64,000 bases of DNA from Rhodospirillales bacterium (GTDB lineage Bacteria; Pseudomonadota; Alphaproteobacteria; Rhodospirillales; JASLLZ01), in assembly GCA_030754885.1 (NCBI GenBank), contig JASLZL010000013.1:866-64865 (forward strand), read 5' to 3'. Made by a program: the position numbers and the translations under genes. Below the pieces are notes generated by a model that ran no database searches, was not told the DNA's origin, and saw nothing but the letters and a program-made list of their open reading frames with translations. Shown here in pieces: positions 47,731-57,515 of the stretch; the first letter of the stretch is position 1; each line of letters begins with the position of its first letter.

Positions 47731-49269
47731 TTAAGGTGCGAGGTCGGGAGTTTTGAGGGAAACGCCAAGCTGAACCCGCCGCCTGAGCCACAGGCTGGGC
47801 CGATAGCGGGGATCGCCGGTCGCCCGTTGCATGGCGTCGAGGATCGCCAGTATGCGCCCGGCCCCCAGACTATCCCCCAACGAGAGCGGCCCCTGGGGGT
47901 AGCCGCGCCCAAGACGCACCGCTTCGTCAATTTCGTCGGGCGTTGAGATGCGCTGCTGGGCGATGGCGCAAGCGATGTTGACGACGGCGGCAAGAATGCG
48001 CTGGGCGATGAAACCGGGGCTGTCGGCAACCACGGTGACCGGCAGACCGGCCGCCGCGAACAGCCCGTGACCCGCCTCGCGAACCGCCACCTCGGTCACC
48101 GGAGTCGCCATCAAGGTAACCCGGCGGTCAAGCTCATACAGGGTGTCCACCGCCAATGTCCGTCGGGGATCCAGGCCTTGGTCGGTAGCCGCCGTTGTGG
48201 CGTCGGTACCAAGCGGCGTGACCAGGCACAGTGCATCGGCCGAAGGGGTATCGCCGGTTTCCATCTCGACGGCGTCCGAAACAGCCTTTAGGCAAGCCGC
48301 GAGGCGTTCGCCGCCCAGGGCATTCGCCTGACTGACCCAAACACGGGCTGGAAGTTTGTCCGGCGGCGGCGCTTCCTCGGGGCGGTCGATCTTGCCGTCC
48401 GTGTAGCGATAGAACCCGGCGCCACTCTTGCGCCCAAACAGCCCGGCTTCGAAGCGCAACCGGGTCTCGGGCGTCAAACGCATGCGGGGCTCGGCATAGA
48501 ACTGGTGGAACCCCGATTCAAGCGACGGATGGGAAACATTGAGACCGGTGAGGTCGAAAAGCTCGAACGGACCCATTGGAAAGCCCGCCGTCTCACGCAT
48601 GACCCGGTCGATATCAACCGGCGCAGCCACACCCTCATCGAGCACGGCCAGGGCCTCTGTGCTGTAGCCGCGCCCGGCGTGGTTGACAAGGAACAGGGGG
48701 ACGTCCTTGACGCGCACCGCCTTGTGGCCCATGCGCTCGACAAGGCCGACCAGAAAATCGCCGACTCGGGCGTTGGTACGTTCGCCCGCCACCACCTCAA
48801 CCAATTTCATCAACGGCACGGGATTGAAGAAATGCGCGCCCGCGACTCGCTCGGGCCGGGCACAGGCGGCGGCGATGGCGCCGATTGAAAACGACGACGT
48901 GTTGGAAGCCAGAATGCAGGTTTCGGACACTATCGTTTCAAGCTCGGCAAAAAGCCGTTGCTTGACTCCTAAGTCCTCGACCACGGCCTCGATGATGACG
49001 GTGCAGTCCGCCATGTCGGACAACGCCGGCACCAGGCCCACGCGGGCCACCGCCGCTTCGGCGTCGACGCGGGTAATGCGGCCCTTCTCCGCCTGGCGCA
49101 TGAGCATGCGTGAAATAAACGCCTGGGCGTCCCGGGCCGCGTCCTTGGAGACATCGGTTAGGGATACCTGGCAGCCGGCGGCGGCGGCGATCTGGGCGAT
49201 GCCGCGGCCCATCACACCGGCGCCGATGACGCCGACGCGCACGCTCGGATCGTTGGGATCGGGTATCAT
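47731..49269 (-). CDS. 3-hydroxyacyl-CoA dehydrogenase (NAD-binding domain plus duplicated C-terminal domain)
   Basis: VGVIGAGVMGRGIAQIAAAAG Rossmann motif, ASNTSS and HFFNPVPLMKLVE. A second C-terminal repeat carries PGFIAQRIL. It stops 4 nt before the thiolase start. Confidence 0.85.
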   Translation of the reverse strand: MIPDPNDPSVRVGVIGAGVMGRGIAQIAAAAGCQVSLTDVSKDAARDAQAFISRMLMRQAEKGRITRVDAEAAVARVGLVPALSDMADCTVIIEAVVEDLGVKQRLFAELETIVSETCILASNTSSFSIGAIAAACARPERVAGAHFFNPVPLMKLVEVVAGERTNARVGDFLVGLVERMGHKAVRVKDVPLFLVNHAGRGYSTEALAVLDEGVAAPVDIDRVMRETAGFPMGPFELFDLTGLNVSHPSLESGFHQFYAEPRMRLTPETRLRFEAGLFGRKSGAGFYRYTDGKIDRPEEAPPPDKLPARVWVSQANALGGERLAACLKAVSDAVEMETGDTPSADALCLVTPLGTDATTAATDQGLDPRRTLAVDTLYELDRRVTLMATPVTEVAVREAGHGLFAAAGLPVTVVADSPGFIAQRILAAVVNIACAIAQQRISTPDEIDEAVRLGRGYPQGPLSLGDSLGAGRILAILDAMQRATGDPRYRPSLWLRRRVQLGVSLKTPDLAP

Positions 49270-49411
49270 GAAATTGCCGTCTCCTGGCTCGGAGTCCTAG
49301 AACACCCGTTTGTAGCCGTGGCCGGCGGGTCTTGGCAAGCTGCCCGACATCGCCCTTTACTTGGCGCCGGCTTTGGTCGAAACATGGCGCCGAACTTAGG
49401 GAGAGAAAATC

Positions 49412-50212
49412 ATGAGTGGACGGCTGAAGGACAAGGTGGCCCTGGTCACGGGCGCCGGTTCCATTGCGCCGGGTTGGGGCAACGGCAAGGCGACGGCGGT
49501 GCTGTTCGCCCGCGAGGGCGCCAAGGTCTTCGCCGTCGATAAGAACCCAGCGGCGGCCGAGGAAACTCAAGGCTTGATCACCGATGAGGGTGGGATAAGC
49601 GCCGCCCACCAGACCGACGTGACTGAAAACGAACAGGTCCAGGCCATGATCGAGGCCTGTCTTGAGACGTTCGGGCGCATCGACATCCTACACAACAACG
49701 TCGGCGGCTCGGTCCCAGGCGGCCCGGTGGACATGCCGGAAGAAGTCTGGGACCAGCAGATCGCCTACAACCTGAAAAGCGTCTTCTTGACCTGCAAACA
49801 CGTCATCCCGGTGATGGAGCGCCAAGGCGGCGGCGCCATCGTCAACGTCTCGTCCCTGGCCGGACTTCGTCACACCGGCCACTACCACGCCGCTTACGAG
49901 GCGGCCAAGGCCGGTATGATGCATTTCACGCGCACATTGGCGGTCGAATACGGACCCAAGAACATTCGCGCCAACACGGTGGTGCCGGGCCATGTCTTCA
50001 CGCCCCTTGTCGAGCACCGTTTGGCCAAGCAATACCGGGGCGGCAACCTTGAAAATCTGATCGAGGAGCGCAGCCGCGACATTCCCATGGGCCGCATGGG
50101 GGACGCCTGGGACGTGGCCTACGCGGCGCTTTACCTGGCCTCCGACGAAGCCAAGAACACCACCGGCATCGAGATCGTCGTCGACGGCGGCGTCACCGTC
50201 AAATGTGACTGA
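49412..50212 (+). CDS. SDR-family oxidoreductase
   Basis: LKDKVALVTGAGSIAPGWGNGKA, HNNVG and YEAAKAG (YxxxK). Confidence 0.85.
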   Translation: MSGRLKDKVALVTGAGSIAPGWGNGKATAVLFAREGAKVFAVDKNPAAAEETQGLITDEGGISAAHQTDVTENEQVQAMIEACLETFGRIDILHNNVGGSVPGGPVDMPEEVWDQQIAYNLKSVFLTCKHVIPVMERQGGGAIVNVSSLAGLRHTGHYHAAYEAAKAGMMHFTRTLAVEYGPKNIRANTVVPGHVFTPLVEHRLAKQYRGGNLENLIEERSRDIPMGRMGDAWDVAYAALYLASDEAKNTTGIEIVVDGGVTVKCD

Positions 50213-50316
50213 TAAACAGCCTGTGGTTTGCAATATCCCAGCCAGCCGCTACTATTAAATTCAAGTTATCGCGCATGAACGCGAAACGTAAAATTCATCC
50301 AGGGAGTTTCAAGTCA

Positions 50317-50700
50317 ATGGCTACCAAGGGAAGATTCGCTTTCGCGGCGTTCGTGTTGGCGGTGGCGTCCATATTCATGACGATGGGCGGCGCCGAGGCA
50401 GCCAGTCTCAAACTCACCAATCGGCTAGCCGTGGACTGCACTCTCAAGGCGCCCAACCTTTCCATCCCGATGAAAGCCAAGTCGATGCAAGATGCCACCA
50501 TCGACGACGCCGTCGGGGATAATCTGACGGTGGTGTGCAAGAAGAGCGGACTAGACAAGGACGAGACTAAATGCAAATTGCTCACCGGCGGGCCGGGCGG
50601 TTCCGGCCAAATCGCCGATAAGGCTTACCCCTTTAAGTACGTCAACGAAATTCACGTGTTCGCCCAGATCGGCCAATGGCTGGTGTGCTCGTCGATCTAA
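50317..50700 (+). CDS. hypothetical secreted small protein
   Basis: AGGGAG RBS and then MATKGRFAFAAFVLAVASIFMTMGGAEA (signal peptide). Four Cys residues and no recognisable family. It sits in a locally AT-richer stretch. Confidence 0.5.
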   Translation: MATKGRFAFAAFVLAVASIFMTMGGAEAASLKLTNRLAVDCTLKAPNLSIPMKAKSMQDATIDDAVGDNLTVVCKKSGLDKDETKCKLLTGGPGGSGQIADKAYPFKYVNEIHVFAQIGQWLVCSSI

Positions 50701-50856
50701 TTGGCCACCCTGCGAGTCGGATTTAGAATTGACAAGTCCGCGTCCTGACACGCATATCTGTGCAAACCTGGAAGGCGCGTCGTAACGGACGCTCGATAAA
50801 TCGGCTGCCAAGCGCCCTGAAAGTCAGGTTTGTTTTTTCCTCACAGGGAGGTTTCC

Positions 50857-51672
50857 ATGCTTAAGAAATTGTTTGCGACCGGCCTTGCCGCGTTGGCCGG
50901 AATTATGTTGTTGGTGCCGGCCGGTGAGGCCCGCACCCTAGACGAAATCATCAAGGCCGGTGTGATCCGCGTCGGCGTCCAGCCCAATCTGCCAGGCAAC
51001 AGCGTTCTGAAGCCGGACGGCTCGTGGGAAGGCATGGATATCGAAATGGGTGGGGCCATCGCCAAGTCGCTTGGCGTCAAGGTGGAGTTCGTGCCCTCCA
51101 AATCGCCGCAGCGCGTTCCCATCTTGGTTTCCGACCAAGCGGATATCATGCTGGGCGGACTGACCCGCAACGCGCGGCGCGCCAAGCTGATCGACTACTC
51201 CCTTCCCACCTTCACCGAATCCCAGGTCGTTCTAACGACGTCGAAAAGGGCAGACCTGAAGAGTTGGAAGGATTTCAATCGCTCGGATATTACCCTGGCC
51301 AACGTGCGCGGCTCCGTCCCCGCCCAATGGACGCGCAAGAACGCGCCCAAGGCCAAGGAAATCCTGTTCGACAGCGGGGCCGACGTGGTCCGGGCCATCG
51401 GCCAGGGGCGTGCCGACGGGTCAATCGCGATCATCGACAATTGGCTCAAGTTCACCAAAAACTACGCCAACGTGAAGTGGCACGTGTTGCCCGATACGAT
51501 CTACCTCGGCTACTGGGGTATCGGCATGCAGAAGGGCAACAACTCTCTGCGCCGTTGGCTGAACATCTGGCTTTACGATTTCCAGAGCAAAAACAAGCAC
51601 AACGCTCTGTGGGAGAAGTGGTATGGATCGCCGCCGGCGTTCCCGGTCGTTCCGACCTACTACTTTCCGTAA
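50857..51672 (+). CDS. polar amino-acid ABC transporter substrate-binding protein (family 3)
   Basis: GGGAGG RBS and the signal peptide MLKKLFATGLAALAGIMLLVPAGEA. Also IIKAGVIRVGV, GMDIEMGGAIAK and LTRNARRAKLIDYS. Confidence 0.85.
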   Translation: MLKKLFATGLAALAGIMLLVPAGEARTLDEIIKAGVIRVGVQPNLPGNSVLKPDGSWEGMDIEMGGAIAKSLGVKVEFVPSKSPQRVPILVSDQADIMLGGLTRNARRAKLIDYSLPTFTESQVVLTTSKRADLKSWKDFNRSDITLANVRGSVPAQWTRKNAPKAKEILFDSGADVVRAIGQGRADGSIAIIDNWLKFTKNYANVKWHVLPDTIYLGYWGIGMQKGNNSLRRWLNIWLYDFQSKNKHNALWEKWYGSPPAFPVVPTYYFP

Positions 51673-51685
51673 GGCGTAAACAACC

Positions 51686-51726
51686 AGGCCGCTGTCCGGG
51701 AATTATCGGACAGCGGCCTTTTGTTG
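51686..51726. terminator. bidirectional rho-independent terminator between convergent genes
   Basis: AGGCCGCTGTCCG-GGAATTAT-CGGACAGCGGCCT, a 13-bp perfect stem, followed by TTTTGTTG. It lies between the stop at 51672 (+) and the stop at 51738 (-). Confidence 0.65.
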
Positions 51727-51737
51727 TCCGCCCTTCT

Positions 51738-52928
51738 TCAAGACGCGAAGCGCTCGACCGAGAAGGCGTCGAGGTCAAACGTCGATGTCTTCCCGGCGAT
51801 CCGCTCGGCCAGCAGTCGACCGCAAATCGGCGCCCCGGTGAAGCCCGGGTTGGGCGGCACGGCGAGATAGAACCCGGGCACTCCCGGCACCTCGCCCAGA
51901 ATCGCATCGCCGTCCGGCGTCAAAGTCAGCATGCCGCCCCAGGTGCGTAAAAGACGCAGCGGTCCCAGGCCGGGGACGACGCTTCGCGCAACGCCCAAGT
52001 TCCCCTTTATGCTTTTCTTGATCACGTCGGGTCGGCCTGTCGCGTGATCAAACACGGCCGGCCAACCACCGCCGATAACGACATTGCCGCGCGCCGCCTG
52101 CTTCATGGACAACATGCGATCCCCGTGCTGCACCAGGTGCTTGACCAGGGGCGGCGCGGCCTCGGTCACATTCATGAGGCGGGCATGGGTCTCAATGGGC
52201 AGGCGGACCCCGACCATAGCGGCCACGGTGGCGGCCCCGGCTCCCGCCGCGTCGACCACCCGCCGGCAGCGAATGGCACCGTTATCTGTGAGCGCCTTGA
52301 AACCGTCGCCGGTGGTCTCCAGGGCCAAGAGTTCGGTGCTCCGCAAAAAGCGGGTTCCAGCCCGCTCGGCACCCCGCGCCACGGCCCCCGTCGCCATGAT
52401 CGGATTGATCTTACCCTCGTCGGGGCAGAACGCGGCGCCGATAACGCGTTCGGAAAAATAGGGCGCGATAGATCTGAGATCGGATCCGCTCACCACCTCT
52501 ACGTCCAAGCCGTGGCTCCTTTCTTCCTTCGCCTTCTCTTCCAGCATGCGCAACTGCCCGTCGGTTTCGGCCACCATAAGACCGCCGTCCAGAACCAATT
52601 CTATGTCGCGGTCCAGTTCGCCAGCCAATTCCCGCCATGTCTCGACAGACGCCATGACCAATGGCAAGAGCCTGTTTCGCCCGGCGATCCAAAGCGGATC
52701 ACGGCTTTTGAAGAAACGCGAGACGATCATGAGATGAAGGCTTCCGGCATTGACGCCCGAGGCTTGGTCGTTGATCCCGTCGCGGTCGATGACCACCACG
52801 TCAAGCCCCAGACGAGCTAGATAGTAGGCGGCGCAGCAACCGACCACGCCGCCGCCCACGACCAGGACATCGGTCTCCGTCAATCGATTACTTTTATCGC
52901 GCTCCGACACCCGGGTATCCTTGTTCAT
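51738..52928 (-). CDS. DAO-family FAD-dependent oxidoreductase (copy 2)
   Basis: TDVLVVGGGVVGCCAAYYLARLGLDVVVIDRDGINDQASGVNAGSLH. Colinear with copies 1 and 3 to the C terminus (...DLDAFSVERF). Confidence 0.85.
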   Translation of the reverse strand: MNKDTRVSERDKSNRLTETDVLVVGGGVVGCCAAYYLARLGLDVVVIDRDGINDQASGVNAGSLHLMIVSRFFKSRDPLWIAGRNRLLPLVMASVETWRELAGELDRDIELVLDGGLMVAETDGQLRMLEEKAKEERSHGLDVEVVSGSDLRSIAPYFSERVIGAAFCPDEGKINPIMATGAVARGAERAGTRFLRSTELLALETTGDGFKALTDNGAIRCRRVVDAAGAGAATVAAMVGVRLPIETHARLMNVTEAAPPLVKHLVQHGDRMLSMKQAARGNVVIGGGWPAVFDHATGRPDVIKKSIKGNLGVARSVVPGLGPLRLLRTWGGMLTLTPDGDAILGEVPGVPGFYLAVPPNPGFTGAPICGRLLAERIAGKTSTFDLDAFSVERFAS

Positions 52929-52991
52929 GCGGCGACGGTTCGTCTATAGTGCCGCCAAGGAATCAACCGACGGACGGCGGAGGAAATAGGC

Positions 52992-53918
52992 ATGGATAAA
53001 TCAACGGTGGACTGGCACGGCGTCATGCCGGCAATCGTGACGCCCTTCGACCGCCAAGGCAACATCGACGAAGCGGCATTCCGCCGCCATATCGACATCA
53101 ACGTCGACTATGGCGTGACCGGAATCGTCGTGACCGGCTGCGCGGGCGAGGCCTGGGCGCTTTCGATCGACGAGCGCAAGCACTTGTTCACATTGGCGAT
53201 GGACGTGGCCCAAGGCAGGATCAAGGTCATTGCCGCGACAGGATCGATCCGGGCGGAAGAAGTGATCGACATGAACCGCCATGCCAAGGACGTGGGCTGC
53301 GACGGCGCCATGGTCCTAGCCCCGTTTTTCCCCAAATTGCATTCGGCGGACGACCTTGTCGCCCATTACCAGATGGTCTCCGACGCCGTCGACCTGCCGA
53401 TCATGCTCTACAACGTTCCCGGCTATAACGTGAACGAGATGACGCCCGAGATCATCTCGCGCCTGGCCGATATCAACGCGGTGGTCGCCATAAAGGAGAG
53501 CACCACTGATTGGGAAAAATTCTTCCGGGGCTATCACCTTGTCAGCGACCGCATCCATTACCTCACCGGTCAGCTCAGCCTCTATGGCCTGGCCGCCGTC
53601 GAGCACGGCGTGCGCGGCACGGTGACCGGCGCCACCAATTGCTGGGGCGCCGAATCGGTCGAATTCTTCAACGCCTGCCTCGAAGGCGACAAGGAGAAGG
53701 CGCTGCGGCTGCAAAAGAAAGCCGTGGACCTGTGGGATCTGGCCATGGCCAACCACCGCAACCTCTATCCGGCGATCAAAGCCATGATGAACCTCCAGGG
53801 CCTGCCGGGCGGCCATGCGCGGCCGCCGCTGAGAACACTTGGCGAGCCCGATCTGACAGAGTTGCGCGACGGCATGATCGACCTAGGGTTCACCATCGCT
53901 GCCCAAGCGGCGGAATAA
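52992..53918 (+). CDS. DapA/DHDPS-fold protein, type-2 copy B
   Basis: MDKSTVDWHGVMPAIVTPFDRQGNIDEAAF, TGCAGEAWAL, YNVP and VVAIKEST. Paralogue of 37851..38774. Confidence 0.85.
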   Translation: MDKSTVDWHGVMPAIVTPFDRQGNIDEAAFRRHIDINVDYGVTGIVVTGCAGEAWALSIDERKHLFTLAMDVAQGRIKVIAATGSIRAEEVIDMNRHAKDVGCDGAMVLAPFFPKLHSADDLVAHYQMVSDAVDLPIMLYNVPGYNVNEMTPEIISRLADINAVVAIKESTTDWEKFFRGYHLVSDRIHYLTGQLSLYGLAAVEHGVRGTVTGATNCWGAESVEFFNACLEGDKEKALRLQKKAVDLWDLAMANHRNLYPAIKAMMNLQGLPGGHARPPLRTLGEPDLTELRDGMIDLGFTIAAQAAE

Positions 53919-53950
53919 GGAGCGGCACCCGGCGGTTGGAGGAATCGATC

Positions 53951-54715
53951 ATGTCCGCTAGCTTGGACGGAAAGGTTGCTGTCGTCACCGGCGGCGGCAC
54001 CGGTATCGGCGCGGCGGCTGCCGTTAGCTTGGCCAAAGAGGGCTGCCGGGTCGTGGTCTCGGGCCGGCGCGTCGATGTCATCGAAAAAGTTGCCAAGGAC
54101 GTATCAGGCCTTGCCGTCGCCGCGGATGTGGCAAATGAAGATGACGTCGTCGGCCTGTTCAAGGCCTGCGATGACGCTCACGGGCGACTGGATATCTTGA
54201 TCAACAACGCGGGCTTCGGCGGCGGCGGCGTGATGGGTGCCGCCGATATAGACATGGAAGCCTGGGATCGCACCTTCGCCGTCAATGTGCGGGGTGTTAT
54301 GCTGTGTACCAAGCACGCCATCCCGCTTCTCAAGCGCCACGGGGGCACCATCGTCAACGTCGCCTCCATCGCCGGCATCAAACCTAATATGAGGCAGATT
54401 CCCTATGGCGCCAGCAAGGCAGCCGTTATCAGTCTCACGCGCTCGGTGGCCGATGAGGTGGGGGTGTTGGGGATCCGGGTCAACGCGATCTGTCCCGGCG
54501 CCGTGGACACGCCGCTTTTCCGCGGCAACGCAGCTGAGCGCGTGGCACGCACTGGCGGCAAGGTAGAGGACGACGTTGAACGGATCGCCGCGCTGTCGTC
54601 CCTTGGCCGACTGACGACGTGCGAGGAAGTTGCGTCGGGCATCCTATTCCTTGCCACCGAGGCATCGGGCAGCATGACCGGCACCCGCCTCGTCATGGAT
54701 GCCGGCAAGGTCTGA
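53951..54715 (+). CDS. SDR-family oxidoreductase
   Basis: ATG at 53951 inside the over-long ORF 53510..54715. LDGKVAVVTGGGTGIGAAAA, ILINNAG and YGASKAAV. Confidence 0.85.
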   Translation: MSASLDGKVAVVTGGGTGIGAAAAVSLAKEGCRVVVSGRRVDVIEKVAKDVSGLAVAADVANEDDVVGLFKACDDAHGRLDILINNAGFGGGGVMGAADIDMEAWDRTFAVNVRGVMLCTKHAIPLLKRHGGTIVNVASIAGIKPNMRQIPYGASKAAVISLTRSVADEVGVLGIRVNAICPGAVDTPLFRGNAAERVARTGGKVEDDVERIAALSSLGRLTTCEEVASGILFLATEASGSMTGTRLVMDAGKV

Positions 54716-54742
54716 CCTAAATTCCACTCACGTAAGCGATTT

Positions 54743-55483
54743 TCAGCTTGTCCGAAGCTCATAGGGGGTCGGCGCGAGCGCGTCCGGGCGCGCCTCGACC
54801 GCCCGCGACTGCTTGATGCGGACCTCCATCCACCACCCTAAGCGGGTCAGGGGGTAAGACAGCACGAAATAGAGAATAAGGATGCTTCCGAACGAAAGGA
54901 TGGCGGAAAAACCGAAGTTAGTGAAGTACTTGCCGACCGCCGTCAGCTCCATCACCCCGACCTGGGAGGCCAGCGCCGTATCCTTGATGAATACGACGAA
55001 AAAGGCGAAAGCGGGCGGAAGGATCACTTTCCAGGCCTGAGGCAAAACGACGTGTCTCAGGACCTGGAGGCGGCTGAAGTTCATGGCCATGGCGGTGTCC
55101 CACTGGGTCGCGTGGACGGACTCAAGCCCGGCACGAATGATCTCGCCAATAAAGGCGGTCGAGATAATAACGATCGAGATGCAGGCGATGGTGAACAGCG
55201 AATAACTCTGGCCCAGACCCTTGGAGACGAATAGGACGAGGAACAAGAGGACCAGAAAGGGGACGCGACGGAAGAACTCGACATACGAAATCATAAACAG
55301 ACGGACGGGAACGAACAGCCAGCCCGGCGTTGTACGCAGGTAGACCAAGACAAAGCCGAAGAGAAAGCCAAGGCCGCATCCAATGACGGTCATCATCAAC
55401 GTCCGCGTCATCGCCCAGAATAGATAGCCGGCGTTTTCCAGGGTCAGGAACCGCGGCAGCTGTTCAAGGAATAGATCGAACAT
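54743..55483 (-). CDS. amino-acid ABC transporter permease (His/Glu/Gln/Arg/opine family)
   Basis: MFDLFLEQLPRFL... with 5-6 TM segments and the EAA-like loop EIIRAGLESVHATQWDTAMAMNFSRLQVLRHVVLPQA. The start overlaps the upstream permease stop (TGATG). Confidence 0.85.
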   Translation of the reverse strand: MFDLFLEQLPRFLTLENAGYLFWAMTRTLMMTVIGCGLGFLFGFVLVYLRTTPGWLFVPVRLFMISYVEFFRRVPFLVLLFLVLFVSKGLGQSYSLFTIACISIVIISTAFIGEIIRAGLESVHATQWDTAMAMNFSRLQVLRHVVLPQAWKVILPPAFAFFVVFIKDTALASQVGVMELTAVGKYFTNFGFSAILSFGSILILYFVLSYPLTRLGWWMEVRIKQSRAVEARPDALAPTPYELRTS

Positions 55484-56157
55484 CAGAACACCTTCGCCTT
55501 GACCCGGAATACCCGGCGGCCGATGTAGGCCAGAAGCGCGCTGGCGAGGATGGTGATCGCAACGTAAATGAAGGCGACGATGATGTAGACTTCGATGGAG
55601 CGGAAGGTGTCGGATGCCACGTTGAAAGCCCGCCCGGTCAGTTCCTCGACGCCCAGGATGGAGGCCGCCGCCGTGCCCAGGATCATCCAGATGTACCAAT
55701 TGGAAAGCGGCGCGAAGAGTACCTTGGCGATATGGGGCAAGATGACATAGCGGACCGATTGCATCAGGCTGAAACCCAGGGATTCGGCAGCTTCCAATTC
55801 CATTTTACGGACCGAGGCGAAGCCGCCGCGCATGATCTCGGTGATGTAGGCACCGGAGTTGAGGGCAATATTGAGCAGCATGGTCTTGTACGGCGACAGC
55901 ACGATGCCGAACTCGGGCAACCCAAAGAAGATGAAGAACGCCGTTACCAGACCCGGCGTGTTGGTAAAGAAGACGACATAGACATTGACCAGGTTCACAA
56001 GCCACTTGGGTCCATAAGACTTGGCCACTGCGCCGAAAAGACCGATGGTGCAACCGCACCAGAAGCCGAGGAAGGAAAGATGAAGGGTGATCCAGGCGCC
56101 TCCCATCAGGTAGGGGACTTCCCGGAAGGCCTCGCCCCATTGGAAGGTATACTCCAT
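55483..56157 (-). CDS. amino-acid ABC transporter permease (His/Glu/Gln/Arg/opine family)
   Basis: The EAA loop is EIMRGGFASVRKMELEAAESLGFSLMQSVRYVILPHI. Length is 224 aa. Confidence 0.85.
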   Translation of the reverse strand: MEYTFQWGEAFREVPYLMGGAWITLHLSFLGFWCGCTIGLFGAVAKSYGPKWLVNLVNVYVVFFTNTPGLVTAFFIFFGLPEFGIVLSPYKTMLLNIALNSGAYITEIMRGGFASVRKMELEAAESLGFSLMQSVRYVILPHIAKVLFAPLSNWYIWMILGTAAASILGVEELTGRAFNVASDTFRSIEVYIIVAFIYVAITILASALLAYIGRRVFRVKAKVF

Positions 56158-56231
56158 GGCCTCAATCGACCATCGGACCAGCAGCCTGTCAAGAGTCGAG
56201 GACCGGTGTCTTGACCCGTAACAGTGTCCGC

Positions 56232-56591
56232 ATGCTGCTCGCCGCCCTCGTCTTCCTCTTTATCGCGGTGGGGGCAGCCCAGTCGTTCCTCGCCCCGGGA
56301 TCGTGGACCGAGTCCCTGTCCGGGGCCGAACGCATCGTGGCCCGGGGCGATGACGCCGCCGCCCCGGTCGCCGAGCTTGATCCCCTCCGCGAAGTTCTCC
56401 TCTACTATGCCAATGGAATGGTCCACGTCGCCCGGCGCTACACCGATGTCGATCTTCATGGCGAAGCGGCAACGCTTTTGGATCGAGTGGTGCGGGTACG
56501 GCGCGCATTCCTGGGTCCCAGCCACCCGGAACTGCTTTCGGCCTTGAAACTTCGGGCCGAGGCCCGACGCCGGGCCGAGCCGCTTCCTTGA
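56232..56591 (+). CDS. membrane-anchored/exported hypothetical protein with TPR-like C-terminal region (paralogue of 25117..25701)
   Basis: MLLAALVFLFIAVGAAQS signal/anchor. The remainder aligns with the C-terminal half of the 25.1-kb ORF. A TTG at 56211 is an alternative start. Confidence 0.5.
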   Translation: MLLAALVFLFIAVGAAQSFLAPGSWTESLSGAERIVARGDDAAAPVAELDPLREVLLYYANGMVHVARRYTDVDLHGEAATLLDRVVRVRRAFLGPSHPELLSALKLRAEARRRAEPLP

Positions 56592-56646
56592 CCCTTGACG
56601 CGATATCGATTTACCCTTTTGGCCGTGACGGCGGAGGAAACGCGGC

Positions 56647-57504
56647 ATGGCCCGGGCGGTTCCCGGCCCAATCAAACCAGCAGACCTGGAAGCTTTCGAA
56701 CGCGATGGCGCTATCTGCCTGCGCGGAGTCTTCGACCAGGACTGGGTCGAGCGCATGCGTGGTGCCGTAGACCGCCTCAAGGCCGAGCCGGGTCCCATGC
56801 GCCAGAAATTCCGGCCCGACGATCCAGGCGAGTTCTTCAGCGACAAATTCATGTGGACCCACGATCCCGACTTTCGTGACTACGTCATGCGGTCCCCCGC
56901 AGCGGAGCTTGCCGGGCGGCTGATGGGCTCGGCCAAGGTCAACGTCTTCTTCGACCAACTTCTGGTCAAGGAGCCCCGGACCCCGGCGCCCAGTCCCTGG
57001 CATCAAGACCTTAACTTCTGGCCCTTCACGGGGCGCCAGGTATGTACGCTTTGGATGCCCCTCGATGTCGCCGATCATGACAGCGGCGTCTTGGAATTCG
57101 TGCGCGGCTCTCATCTGTGGAAAGAGCGGCCGTTTTCCCGTGAGCTGGTTTTCGCCAACGACGACAAGCAGCCCCAGGATGTGGCGGGCGATGACATCCC
57201 CGAAACCGACGATCCCCAAGCCCTGCCCGATATCGAGGCCGACCGGGATGCCTACGAGATCGTTTCGTGGGACGTCGAGCCGGGCGACGTCCTGGCTTTC
57301 ACCGCGCTCACGCTGCACGCCGCACCAGGCAACGCCTCGGACCGCCGCCGCCGGGCCCTGGCCACGCGCTGGACCGGCGACGATATCCGCTATGCGGTGA
57401 AGCGCAAGTTGGCGACCTTGCTGCGCGACCCGGGGCTGGTGCCGGGCGACGCCATGGATTGCGAGCTTTTGCCCGTCGTCTGGCGGGCGGCCCAAGACAC
57501 TTGA
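56647..57504 (+). CDS. PhyH-family Fe(II)/2-oxoglutarate dioxygenase (copy B)
   Basis: LEAFERDGAICLRGVFDQDWVERMRGAVDRL, PWHQDLNFWPF, TALTLHAAPGN and RRRALATRW. Colinear with copy A along its full length. Confidence 0.85.
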   Translation: MARAVPGPIKPADLEAFERDGAICLRGVFDQDWVERMRGAVDRLKAEPGPMRQKFRPDDPGEFFSDKFMWTHDPDFRDYVMRSPAAELAGRLMGSAKVNVFFDQLLVKEPRTPAPSPWHQDLNFWPFTGRQVCTLWMPLDVADHDSGVLEFVRGSHLWKERPFSRELVFANDDKQPQDVAGDDIPETDDPQALPDIEADRDAYEIVSWDVEPGDVLAFTALTLHAAPGNASDRRRRALATRWTGDDIRYAVKRKLATLLRDPGLVPGDAMDCELLPVVWRAAQDT

Positions 57505-57515
57505 AGGCACCGTCG

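Noticed and set aside
53510-53950. Long N-terminal extensions of the SDR ORF 53510..54715, and likewise of the ORFs 57267..58685, 54743..55699, 33948..35129 and 40982..41833
   Set aside because: Each extension overlaps the 3' part of a well-supported upstream gene in another frame and is Arg/Pro/Gly-rich. Internal starts with RBS-like sequences give proteins colinear with their paralogues.
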